The position numbers and the translations under genes were made by a program. From a virus (lineage: Duplodnaviria > Caudoviricetes): DNA of 63,272 nucleotides. The first letter of the stretch is position 1. Each line of letters opens with the position of its first letter. Under the pieces are notes generated by a model. It did no database searches. It saw nothing but the letters and a program-made list of their open reading frames with translations, and was not told where the DNA came from. The stretch is from positions 1 through 63,272 of the IMG/VR virus record IMGVR_UViG_3300046008_000188; one strand, written 5' to 3'. Positions 49,210-56,230 of the stretch are shown here, piece after piece.

Positions 49210-49737
49210 TTAAGGTTCGGGCATATCCCATTGGATTGAGCTTACTGGGTATAGGTAGCTGTCTGTCTCGCATGTCCCCCCACTCCTAGTCTCTACATCG
49301 TCCGAGTTCTCGCCTATCCGCACGAATGTGTAAGACATGTAGTCTCCGTTATTTCGCTGATTAGTTGTTTCATTGATGTCATCGCCTGCTATGTATTCTT
49401 CAGCGATGTCTATCATTGCATTGTGGCAATCAACATCGGGGTAGCTGTCATACCACTTAACATCTTCAGCCCTAAACTTAATCATCTGCATTTCGTAGTC
49501 CACCTCAAGCGCCCCACCCCATTGCACTTCCTTGCCAGTATTAAGATACTTGCCGTCCTTAACTTCATCGTCCCATGCTTGCGCTGTTTGCGAGCGAGCT
49601 TTGGTCTCAGCTAAGAATGTATAAAACAAGTTTTTGGCATACTCTCTGTCTAATTCCTTTTCCACATCTCTTTGAGAACCAGACCCGACTGGCTTTTTAA
49701 ACTCTATTACATAACCTACTTGACTTCTATATCCCAT
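49210..49737 (-). CDS. Hypothetical protein (MGYRS...KWY...RIGE type)
   Basis: RBS GGAG; acidic. Confidence 0.65.
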   Translation of the reverse strand: MGYRSQVGYVIEFKKPVGSGSQRDVEKELDREYAKNLFYTFLAETKARSQTAQAWDDEVKDGKYLNTGKEVQWGGALEVDYEMQMIKFRAEDVKWYDSYPDVDCHNAMIDIAEEYIAGDDINETTNQRNNGDYMSYTFVRIGENSDDVETRSGGTCETDSYLYPVSSIQWDMPEP

Positions 49738-49739
49738 TT

Positions 49740-49964
49740 TTAATCTCCATGTAGTCGTGCCAATCCTTTGGCTGTTAGTTCAAAATCTGTTACCGAGTCT
49801 CCACGCCATGCGTCTATGCCTACCCGTTTTGGTGCGTCTGCTCGTCTGCGTATTAGTCCTAGCTGTTGTAACGATGAAAGCAAACCTCTCGATATACTCT
49901 CATCGCCTATAAATACCTTTAGCAATATTTCTCGTTTTAGTTCTGCGCCTTGTGAATTGTCCAT
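49740..49964 (-). CDS. Hypothetical protein (wHTH-like LTAKG C-terminus)
   Basis: L..LGLI...FELTAKG. Confidence 0.5.
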   Translation of the reverse strand: MDNSQGAELKREILLKVFIGDESISRGLLSSLQQLGLIRRRADAPKRVGIDAWRGDSVTDFELTAKGLARLHGD

Positions 49965-50260
49965 TCTGCGACACTCCCTGTTGATACCAGTTTTATTAAA
50001 CTGTCTGTGTTGTAGTAGCTTATGAATGGCGCACTTGGTCGCAGTTGTCCCTGTTGCCTTGTAGTTGAGCGTGAGTATTTATCCTCATTACCGAACCACA
50101 TGCCTAGCTGTTCGTCCCATACATACATGGGGAAGTGTCGCCCGTAGCTATACACCACATATAAATCTTTTATCCATTCGCCCCATGTGTTACTGCCTTT
50201 GAACGGCTCTTTATTTGTTACATGCTGTCCTGCTTGTTTGTTGCTTGAGTAGGTAGTCAT
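49937..50260 (-). CDS. Hypothetical protein (YVVYSYG.H.P...KYSRSTTRQQ type)
   Basis: RBS present; preceded by the 18-bp palindrome. Confidence 0.65.
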   Translation of the reverse strand: MTTYSSNKQAGQHVTNKEPFKGSNTWGEWIKDLYVVYSYGRHFPMYVWDEQLGMWFGNEDKYSRSTTRQQGQLRPSAPFISYYNTDSLIKLVSTGSVAEWTIHKAQN

Positions 50261-50305
50261 CTCATTTCCCTTTCATTAGTTGGTAAATCGGGAGTTCCCG
50301 ATTCG

Positions 50306-50521
50306 TTATTTAGTTTCTTTAAGCATTAGTCGTGTCATCGCTAGCCTTTGCCTTGGTGTTGGTCGCTCTGTGTTCCCATCTGTCATTGGGTCAAAGATGT
50401 ATGGGTTGTTAGTATCTTTAGCCTTATTTAGTGCGTTCAGTAGCATGTCCTTAACATCGGGGTTATCCCTTATAAAGTCCATAAAGCGGTCTAGGTCTTC
50501 CATGTCTTGTTTTTTGCTCAT
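50306..50521 (-). CDS. Hypothetical protein
   Basis: Coupled ORF. Confidence 0.55.
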   Translation of the reverse strand: MSKKQDMEDLDRFMDFIRDNPDVKDMLLNALNKAKDTNNPYIFDPMTDGNTERPTPRQRLAMTRLMLKETK

Positions 50522-50730
50522 CTCATTATCCTCGGTGCTAGTATATGGTCGGGTAGAAAGTTGCTTGTATTATCTCTTGGCTCATTGCCTGTTACTATTT
50601 TGATTTGCGCATTTACCTTGTTTACAAAGTCATTCAGTTGTGGCTCAGTAAATACAATCACTGAGTTATGTTCGCCAACCTCATGCACCAATGCGCCCAC
50701 CTCGTTTGCCATTTCAATCATGTTACTCAT
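50518..50730 (-). CDS. Hypothetical protein
   Basis: Coupled ORF. Confidence 0.55.
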   Translation of the reverse strand: MSNMIEMANEVGALVHEVGEHNSVIVFTEPQLNDFVNKVNAQIKIVTGNEPRDNTSNFLPDHILAPRIMR

Positions 50731-50950
50731 CGTCGTTCTCCTTTAACATTTTCCAAATAGGTAGCACGGGTTTGTCCAATGCCAATAACATTCTCTCGTG
50801 AAGTTCTTGTAGTCCTAGTAGGTTTTCGCTGTGTAAGAACGGGTCGTGCGCACCTATTACATTGTCATCATCGTCGTATATTACTTCTTTGATTGTTATG
50901 TAAACATCGTCGCCCTCCATTACTTCACATACTCTGTGTTCCCATGTCAT
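50723..50950 (-). CDS. Hypothetical protein (WxHRV...EVIYD family)
   Basis: Likely start at MTWEHRV (50950); paralogue of 40808..41035. Confidence 0.6.
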   Translation of the reverse strand: MTWEHRVCEVMEGDDVYITIKEVIYDDDDNVIGAHDPFLHSENLLGLQELHERMLLALDKPVLPIWKMLKENDDE

Positions 50951-51168
50951 TTCGTTACTCCTTTGTGGCTTGAGTTCAAGCCGTTTAATAAAGATAAGTC
51001 CGTTACTAATATGTAGTTGCTCTTGGGCATTGGCACAACACACCATGATTTCCTGTCGCTCGTAGCCTGCGTATCACCGCAAGCCATACAGGTGCGCTTA
51101 CCTATTGCCCATCGCCTAGCGTCTACCTCTACACCACAACCCCAACAGTTATTAGTTTCTTTAGTCAT
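50947..51168 (-). CDS. C4 zinc-finger protein (DksA/TraR-type finger)
   Basis: CWGCG.EV..RR..IG..TC..CG. Confidence 0.7.
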   Translation of the reverse strand: MTKETNNCWGCGVEVDARRWAIGKRTCMACGDTQATSDRKSWCVVPMPKSNYILVTDLSLLNGLNSSHKGVTK

Positions 51169-51189
51169 CGTGTTCTATCTCTATTCAAT

Positions 51190-51363
51190 TTAGTCTTCCT
51201 TGTCTGCGTAGTCGTTGATGTCAATTGCGAGTGGCTCGTCGCTGTCGTCGTTATCCCACAAGTTATATGGGTCGTTGATGCGTGGTTCGATTGGTCGCTT
51301 GTCATCATAGGGTATGTTTAAGTTGTCTTGCTGTAATTGCCATGCTGTTTTTACTCTGCTCAT
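51190..51363 (-). CDS. Small acidic protein (57 aa)
   Basis: Read manually: MSRVKTAWQ...NDDSDEPLAIDINDYADKED. Confidence 0.55.
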   Translation of the reverse strand: MSRVKTAWQLQQDNLNIPYDDKRPIEPRINDPYNLWDNDDSDEPLAIDINDYADKED

Positions 51364-51365
51364 AA

Positions 51366-51518
51366 TTATCTACCCCTTTGCATTTTAAGGTTGATTGCTC
51401 GTTCCCACTCTTGGTTAGCTTTGCGTGTTCTGCTATGCGCTTGGTGTTTAAGTCCGTTGCTTTTTATCTGCGGTATTGGGTTGCGCATAATGTATGGTAA
51501 AGGTTTTGTTGATTTCAT
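51366..51518 (-). CDS. Small basic protein (50 aa)
   Basis: Read manually: MKSTKPLPYIMRNP...; RBS AGGAG. Confidence 0.55.
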   Translation of the reverse strand: MKSTKPLPYIMRNPIPQIKSNGLKHQAHSRTRKANQEWERAINLKMQRGR

Positions 51519-51528
51519 TTTTTATCTC

Positions 51529-51804
51529 CTAGTTAGCGCTGTGACGCGGGGTTGTGTCGTTGGCTATGATAAATTTGTTTATATACTGAAAGGCTTGGTC
51601 TGTGGATGCGAATACTGCGTTTTTGGTAGAGCTGAACAATGGGATACTAACCACTACTCGCTTACTCATGCCACTACCTAGTTCCTCCATGTAAGCCTCA
51701 TTCATGCAAGCCAACATGCCGTTACCTGCGTAGCTGAAAGACCATACGCCTTCCTCGCCTTTACTACTACTTTTTACTGCGTTTACTCCATACATCAATT
51801 TCAT
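51529..51804 (-). CDS. Hypothetical protein
   Basis: Start at MKLMYG (51804) with AAGGAG. Confidence 0.6.
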   Translation of the reverse strand: MKLMYGVNAVKSSSKGEEGVWSFSYAGNGMLACMNEAYMEELGSGMSKRVVVSIPLFSSTKNAVFASTDQAFQYINKFIIANDTTPRHSAN

Positions 51805-51898
51805 TTTAGTCTCCTTTGAAAATCCCGAATCGGGAGTTCCCGATTTGTTAAACAAGTTGTGTTGGTAGCTGTTATTTGTATCGTTTAATAGTTTAATT

Positions 51899-51962
51899 CC
51901 CCACCAACATCTATAGTATAACATAACTTTACATATAATGCTAGGGGTTTACCTAAGTATTT
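51899..51962 (-). promoter_or_regulatory. Class II repeated promoter (copy 2)
   Basis: Shares ATAGTATAACATAACTTTACAT and GCTAG.GGTTTACCTAAGTATTT with 49141-49190. Confidence 0.65.
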
Positions 51963-52051
51963 GGGGTTTGTGGTGTAAAAAGATATGTATAGTTTCTAAC
52001 TTTACTAATTGTGTTTTTTTGGGGTTGCTCTGAAACCGTTGCCCTGCCTAG

Positions 52052-52395
52052 TGTTCTAAATGTTCTAAGATTGTAACTTTACAAATGGAACTAGAACAAG
52101 GTTTGGGGGAATTGCTAAGTGCTTGATTTTGTTGTTGTTGTTATTATTATAATTAGTATAGTTATATATATTTTTAGTAAATGTTCTAATGTTCTAGTGT
52201 TTTTTGCAAAGTGCTGTTTTGCTAGACTTGCTGAGCTTTCTCATGCTTTTACAAAATTTGCCAAAAAAACTTTGTTCTGCCAAAACACAAAAATATCGTT
52301 AGAACATTAGAACATTAGAACATCGTTGATTACAAAGGGTTTTTTCGCTTTACAAATAGAACACGGTTAGAACATTTAGAACAAAGTCTAGAACA
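52052..52395. repeat. Iteron-like heptamer cluster (TAGAACA x8, TGTTCTA x4) around an AT-rich core; candidate replication origin
   Basis: Copies at 52052, 52061, 52092, 52182, 52190, 52300, 52308, 52316, 52357, 52368, 52377 and 52389. AT-rich stretch at 52140-52180. Confidence 0.7.
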
Positions 52396-52742
52396 AGATT
52401 CCAGCTGACACCAAACACTAATTTTGGCACAGAGTTTAGCATCGTTTAAGATAACGGTAGCTGATAGGTCTAACGACGCAGACTACGCTAAAACTCCGAA
52501 TCGGGAGTTCCCGATTTGCTAAACAAGGCGAACCTCGCGTTCTGCGCGCGCGTAACTAGTAACTGGTATCGGTGGGGGGTCGAGGTATGTAAAGTTAACC
52601 TCGCTAGATTATATTTTACATGATGGATTTTGTTGGGGGGAAGATGTTCCTAAATAGACTTAGCGGTTTTGTCTCGCAGGCTACGCACCTCTCGCGCGCA
52701 TATAACAACTGGCATCAAGCGATGCCCCACAAATTTTGGGCG

Positions 52743-52772
52743 AAAAAAAACCTAGCCCGAAGGCTAGGTTTT
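52743..52772 (-). terminator. Rho-independent terminator (cUUCGg loop)
   Basis: AAAACCTAGCC-TTCG-GGCTAGG-TTTTTTTT on - strand, after ORF 52792. Confidence 0.85.
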
Positions 52773-52791
52773 AAGGTGTTGCTAGGTGTTG

Positions 52792-53433
52792 CTAGGCTTT
52801 AGGCTTAGCCCATTTTTTATCATTCCACACATCTTTAAAAGCTTTCATGCTTTCGTTAAATTGCGCCTCGTTGTAAGAGCTATCAGAGCCTGCTTTAGCA
52901 GTGATAGCCTTTTTCATTAAACCTTTCTTACTATCAAAAAGCATTTCAACAACGGCTTCAGCAAAGTTTAAATTTGCCTTGCGTGGCGCACCACCATTTG
53001 CTTCAGCGATTAAACTCTTACCTAACCGTTGCATATCTTTTACTGTATCTGATAGGTAAGCCATTGCTTTAGTGCGTGGCTTGTTTACCAAATTCCAGCG
53101 TGGCTTATCTAATTGCGCCATTTTGCTGATTTCAGTCTTATCAATGCTTAGTAGATTTGGCACATTCATTTGATACTTTGCGCCTTTGTGAGCCTTAAAA
53201 GCATTATCATCAACGGCAATAAAGTTTTCGCCTTGCTGAATGTAGCCTTGATTTAGTTCAGTGTGATTTTCTGCATAGCGCAATGAAAGCCCGTCGTTTA
53301 AATCTTTACGCAAATCAGCACTAATTTCCGTTGCAAATTTGTTGCTAGTTAAATCTAGCAATGCTTTCACAATGATTTTTTGTGTAAAGCCAGCACCGCC
53401 AAATTCATACCCATACTGTTGGAATTTGTTCAT
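52792..53433 (-). CDS. Early hypothetical protein (about 213 aa, Lys/Ala-rich)
   Basis: Start at MNKFQ with AAAGGA; bracketed by a promoter and a terminator. Confidence 0.7.
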   Translation of the reverse strand: MNKFQQYGYEFGGAGFTQKIIVKALLDLTSNKFATEISADLRKDLNDGLSLRYAENHTELNQGYIQQGENFIAVDDNAFKAHKGAKYQMNVPNLLSIDKTEISKMAQLDKPRWNLVNKPRTKAMAYLSDTVKDMQRLGKSLIAEANGGAPRKANLNFAEAVVEMLFDSKKGLMKKAITAKAGSDSSYNEAQFNESMKAFKDVWNDKKWAKPKA

Positions 53434-53490
53434 TTTATTTCCTTTGATTAAAAAAGTTAAAAAACACAGCACGATTTTCTGTGCCGTATT

Positions 53491-53536
53491 ATATTTATAC
53501 CCGATTAGTTTAGATAATGTAAAGTTTTCGGGATTT
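53491..53536 (-). promoter_or_regulatory. Class I early promoter P3
   Basis: AAATCCC..AAA-CTTTACA-N18-TATAAATAT. Confidence 0.75.
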
Positions 53537-53649
53537 CAAAATCGGGAAGCCCCGATTTGATAAATAAGCATAGCACACGCAGTCTCGCACGCTTTGCCAC
53601 GCGCGGGATTAGTAACTGGTATCAAAGGGGGTTGCCAGCCCCCGATGTG

Positions 53650-53826
53650 TTATAGGTCGTCGTTGTCAGCGTCGTTCAAGTATGAATCAACGCATTTGTC
53701 GCATACACTTAAACCGTGTATATACTTAGTTGATGGTCGCAGGTGAATCAAGTCATCAAACTTAACAAACTCACCACAGCAATTGGTGCGTTCCCATTGA
53801 ACGCCATCGTCATCTATTATTCCCAT
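53650..53826 (-). CDS. Small acidic Cys-containing early protein (58 aa)
   Basis: Read manually: MGIIDDDGVQWERTNCCGEF...VCDKC; RBS AAGGAG. Confidence 0.65.
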   Translation of the reverse strand: MGIIDDDGVQWERTNCCGEFVKFDDLIHLRPSTKYIHGLSVCDKCVDSYLNDADNDDL

Positions 53827-53873
53827 TTTAAATCTCCTTAGTTAATAAGGGGCGCTGTCACCGCCCCGTTGGG

Positions 53874-54035
53874 TTACTCTTTGTATTCGCCTTCGACTTG
53901 TTCTATCAGGCTAAATAGTTTGCCTAGCATTTCATTGGCTTCATCTGTTCTGCCAACGCTGTGCATCATTAACATGAATTCAAGTCTAAACTTCAACACG
54001 TCTTTCAACTGCCTTACTTCTGTAGTAGTTTCCAT
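53874..54035 (-). CDS. Small early protein (53 aa)
   Basis: Read manually: METTTEVRQLKDVLKFRLEF...; RBS AGGAG; flanked by hairpins. Confidence 0.65.
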   Translation of the reverse strand: METTTEVRQLKDVLKFRLEFMLMMHSVGRTDEANEMLGKLFSLIEQVEGEYKE

Positions 54036-54073
54036 TTTAATGCTCCTAAGTGCGCCCCGAAGGGCGCGTTGAT

Positions 54074-54334
54074 TTATCTACTTGCTACATCACCGAGTTC
54101 GCCATCGTAAAACCAATCGCAATACTCTAAAACACTACCGCTAGTGGTGTATGCGTTTTCACACTTGCCACCATGAATAGGTTGGTAGTTGTTATCTTCT
54201 TCAAGACCTACTTCTTCTAGAGTTAAAAACTCTACATGGTCTTCCCATTCCATCTCTTCAACCAAATCCAATTGGATAGGTGTGGAGGATATTACTGCGT
54301 CTAAGTAAGACGCCCTACGATAGCGTGTATCCAT
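54074..54334 (-). CDS. Small highly acidic early protein
   Basis: First gene after promoter P2; RBS GGAG. Confidence 0.65.
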   Translation of the reverse strand: MDTRYRRASYLDAVISSTPIQLDLVEEMEWEDHVEFLTLEEVGLEEDNNYQPIHGGKCENAYTTSGSVLEYCDWFYDGELGDVASR

Positions 54335-54371
54335 GCTATATGCTCCAAGTATCCGAACAATTTGTTCGTGA

Positions 54372-54419
54372 TATATTTATACTGGATAATTCCAACATAT
54401 GTAAAGTATTTGGGATTTT
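54372..54419 (-). promoter_or_regulatory. Class I early promoter P2
   Basis: AAAATCCCAAATACTTTACA-N18-TATAAATAT. Confidence 0.75.
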
Positions 54420-54482
54420 AAAGCTTGCGCGAACGCCTGCGCGCATTACCACGCGCGGGACTTGTAACTGGTATCAAAGGGT

Positions 54483-54505
54483 AAAAAGAAAGGGGCCGAA
54501 GCCCC
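54483..54505 (-). terminator. Rho-independent terminator (cUUCGg loop)
   Basis: GGGGC-TTCG-GCCCC-TTTCTTTTT on - strand. Confidence 0.8.
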
Positions 54506-54523
54506 AATCCCTAGTCTTACTTG

Positions 54524-54742
54524 TTATGCGTTGCGTATATCCTCATACACATCTTGTTTTAATTCCCAAAAGTCTTTGAGTTGTTTCTTAGCGTCCTCAA
54601 TAGAACCAACACTTAGCAATAGCTGTTCATAGTCCTCAGTATCGTAGGTCTCATAAACCCAATGTCCTCCTTCTTCATAGTGGTCACGAGCGTAGTCTTC
54701 CAATGCTTTTACTTCATCTTTCATGTATTGTGAGTATTCCAT
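54524..54742 (-). CDS. Small acidic early protein
   Basis: RBS AAGGAG; Asp/Glu/Tyr-rich. Confidence 0.7.
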   Translation of the reverse strand: MEYSQYMKDEVKALEDYARDHYEEGGHWVYETYDTEDYEQLLLSVGSIEDAKKQLKDFWELKQDVYEDIRNA

Positions 54743-54780
54743 TTTAATCTCCTTAATGCGCCCCGAAGGGCGCGGTTATG

Positions 54781-54876
54781 TTAAGCAAACACTACAAGCC
54801 ATGTAACGATGGCTATGAACAAATAAATCCTAACTAATAAGCTAAGACCGCCTTCATCAAACATTCTGTTCTTCAT
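54781..54876 (-). CDS. Very small membrane peptide (31 aa)
   Basis: Read manually: MKNRMFDEGGLSLLVRIYLFIAIVTWLVVFA; RBS AGGAG. Confidence 0.5.
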   Translation of the reverse strand: MKNRMFDEGGLSLLVRIYLFIAIVTWLVVFA

Positions 54877-54877
54877 T

Positions 54878-55039
54878 CTATTTCTCCTGTGAGTTGCGTA
54901 ATGCTATGGTTAATAATACAGTGCCTGCAATCAGTGTGCCGATGTAGAATAGACCTGACCCATCAGCGATTACATCTGCTGACCAATACATGATACCGAA
55001 TGCCATGACTGCTGTTAGTGTGTTGTATGTGTGATTCAT
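54878..55039 (-). CDS. Small two-TM membrane protein (53 aa)
   Basis: Read manually: MNHTYNTLTAVMAFGIMYW...; RBS AGGAG. Confidence 0.6.
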   Translation of the reverse strand: MNHTYNTLTAVMAFGIMYWSADVIADGSGLFYIGTLIAGTVLLTIALRNSQEK

Positions 55040-55081
55040 TTGTATCTCCTAGTTAATGAGGGGGCCGAAGCCCCCGTTGTG

Positions 55082-55261
55082 TTAGTAGTCTAAGTAACCT
55101 TGTGAGTAATCCTCTAGGTTAGATACTAGACCGTCGAAGTCCTCACTCTTACCTAGCATATCAGCTACTGCATAAACAAACTTATTAGGCAGTTCATATT
55201 CCTCTGCTAAGAAGTCCAAGTAGTCTTTGCGCGTGGCAAAGTGTTCGTGGTAGTTATCCAT
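55082..55261 (-). CDS. Small acidic early protein (59 aa)
   Basis: Read manually: MDNYHEHFATRKDYLDFLAEEY...LG.SEDFDGLVSNLED; first gene after promoter P1. Confidence 0.7.
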   Translation of the reverse strand: MDNYHEHFATRKDYLDFLAEEYELPNKFVYAVADMLGKSEDFDGLVSNLEDYSQGYLDY

Positions 55262-55298
55262 TTTAATACTCCATGTTATCCATTCAATTTGAATGTAA

Positions 55299-55346
55299 TA
55301 TATTTATAGCGGGAAATCTCAGCATATGTAAAGTATTTGGGATTTT
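55299..55346 (-). promoter_or_regulatory. Class I early promoter P1
   Basis: AAAATCCCAAATACTTTACA-N18-TATAAATAT. Confidence 0.75.
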
Positions 55347-55552
55347 ACGCGGCCCCCACCCCCCAAACGCTCAATTAGGTTCCATCTAGGTCTTATACAT
55401 TTAGAAAAATACAAATAGTAACCACATTTTCCAAATTCCGCTGCGCTACACAAATCACCCCCCATGCCAAAATAAAAGGCTATGTCAAAAAATATTTCGC
55501 AAAAAAATCTCAAATATCATATGTAAAGTTATAAAATACTTTAAAAACTCCC

Positions 55553-55581
55553 TTGACAAAACAATTCTTTACTCATACTAT
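55553..55581 (+). promoter_or_regulatory. sigma70-type promoter of the packaging/late operon
   Basis: TTGACA-N17-TACTAT, upstream of ATG 55625. Confidence 0.65.
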
Positions 55582-55624
55582 CTACAACTACTCATGCCAC
55601 CCCACAAAAACGGTGTTAATAAAG

Positions 55625-56230
55625 ATGATAGATGACGACGTACTAATAATCGACGACTCACCCGAGGACGAAGATGTACTAATCGTGCCACCCCTAGAAG
55701 AAGACATACCCTTGCCTAAAAATGCGCAAGATGCTATGCCACAACTCACACTAGAACAAGAACTGCAGATGCGGGCTAATACAATTAAGCTTTTATCTGA
55801 CCTATCAGGCAACCCAATCACGCCAAGTGAAGACCAAAAGACCGAAGCAATTGATTTGGCGCGTAAAATTATGTCTGACCCCAACACAAAACTAGATTTA
55901 ACACGGTACCCAAACGAAACCATGGCCTTTTTGGCGGGTCTTGTGGCGGAAACCACCCACGTTTTAGTCGATGACCTAGCTGAACTGAAGCTTTTCGTGA
56001 TTAATGGCCTAGTAAAAGAGGCTGCCACGGGTAAAGATGCTAAAACAAGGCTGTCTGCCCTTGCAAAACTGGGTGAAGTAGACGGAGTCGACGCATTTAA
56101 GAAGAGAACCGAGACAGTTATTAAGCATCAGACCCTAGAAGAAGTAGAAGATGAGCTATTAAAGGTGCTTGGTAGCATAAAAGGCAGGGTTATTGAAGGC
56201 GAAGTCATAGAAAGCAAGCGTAGTGAGTAA
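55625..56230 (+). CDS. Putative terminase small subunit
   Basis: Immediately upstream of TerL; RL.AL..LG...GVDAF motif. Confidence 0.6.
   Translation: MIDDDVLIIDDSPEDEDVLIVPPLEEDIPLPKNAQDAMPQLTLEQELQMRANTIKLLSDLSGNPITPSEDQKTEAIDLARKIMSDPNTKLDLTRYPNETMAFLAGLVAETTHVLVDDLAELKLFVINGLVKEAATGKDAKTRLSALAKLGEVDGVDAFKKRTETVIKHQTLEEVEDELLKVLGSIKGRVIEGEVIESKRSE

Larger units (their letters stand above)
45751..53557. repeat. Dispersed 18-bp palindrome AATCGGGA-nn-TCCCGATT (6 intergenic copies)
   Basis: Copies at 45751, 49073, 50286, 51828, 52499 and 53540; degenerate copy at 48380. Confidence 0.85.
52547..54475. repeat. Bipartite motif CGCGCG-N8-AACTGGYATC (4 copies)
   Basis: Copies start at 52547, 52693, 53600 and 54452; the 8-nt spacer length is invariant. 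Confidence 0.85.

Noticed and set aside
52119-52310. ORFs 52119..52310, 52620..52802 and 55319..55513
   Set aside because: They are low-complexity translations of repeat or regulatory DNA with no convincing RBS.
52707-52726. sigma54 promoter (TGGCA...TGC) within the bipartite motif
   Set aside because: The GG-to-GC spacing is 11 rather than 10, and the GC is not conserved in the other three copies.
45751-54480. CRISPR or mini-array interpretation of the palindromic and bipartite repeats
   Set aside because: Copies are hundreds to thousands of bp apart and separated by genes, not by spacers of uniform length. There is no cas operon.
53491-55310. TATAAATA as a T4-type late promoter
   Set aside because: Each copy has a TTTACA -35 element at fixed spacing, precedes early-type genes, and no gp55-like sigma factor is encoded.
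55553-55624. N-terminal extension of TerS from TTG 55553
   Set aside because: That TTG is the -35 hexamer of a good promoter, so ATG 55625 is the more plausible start.
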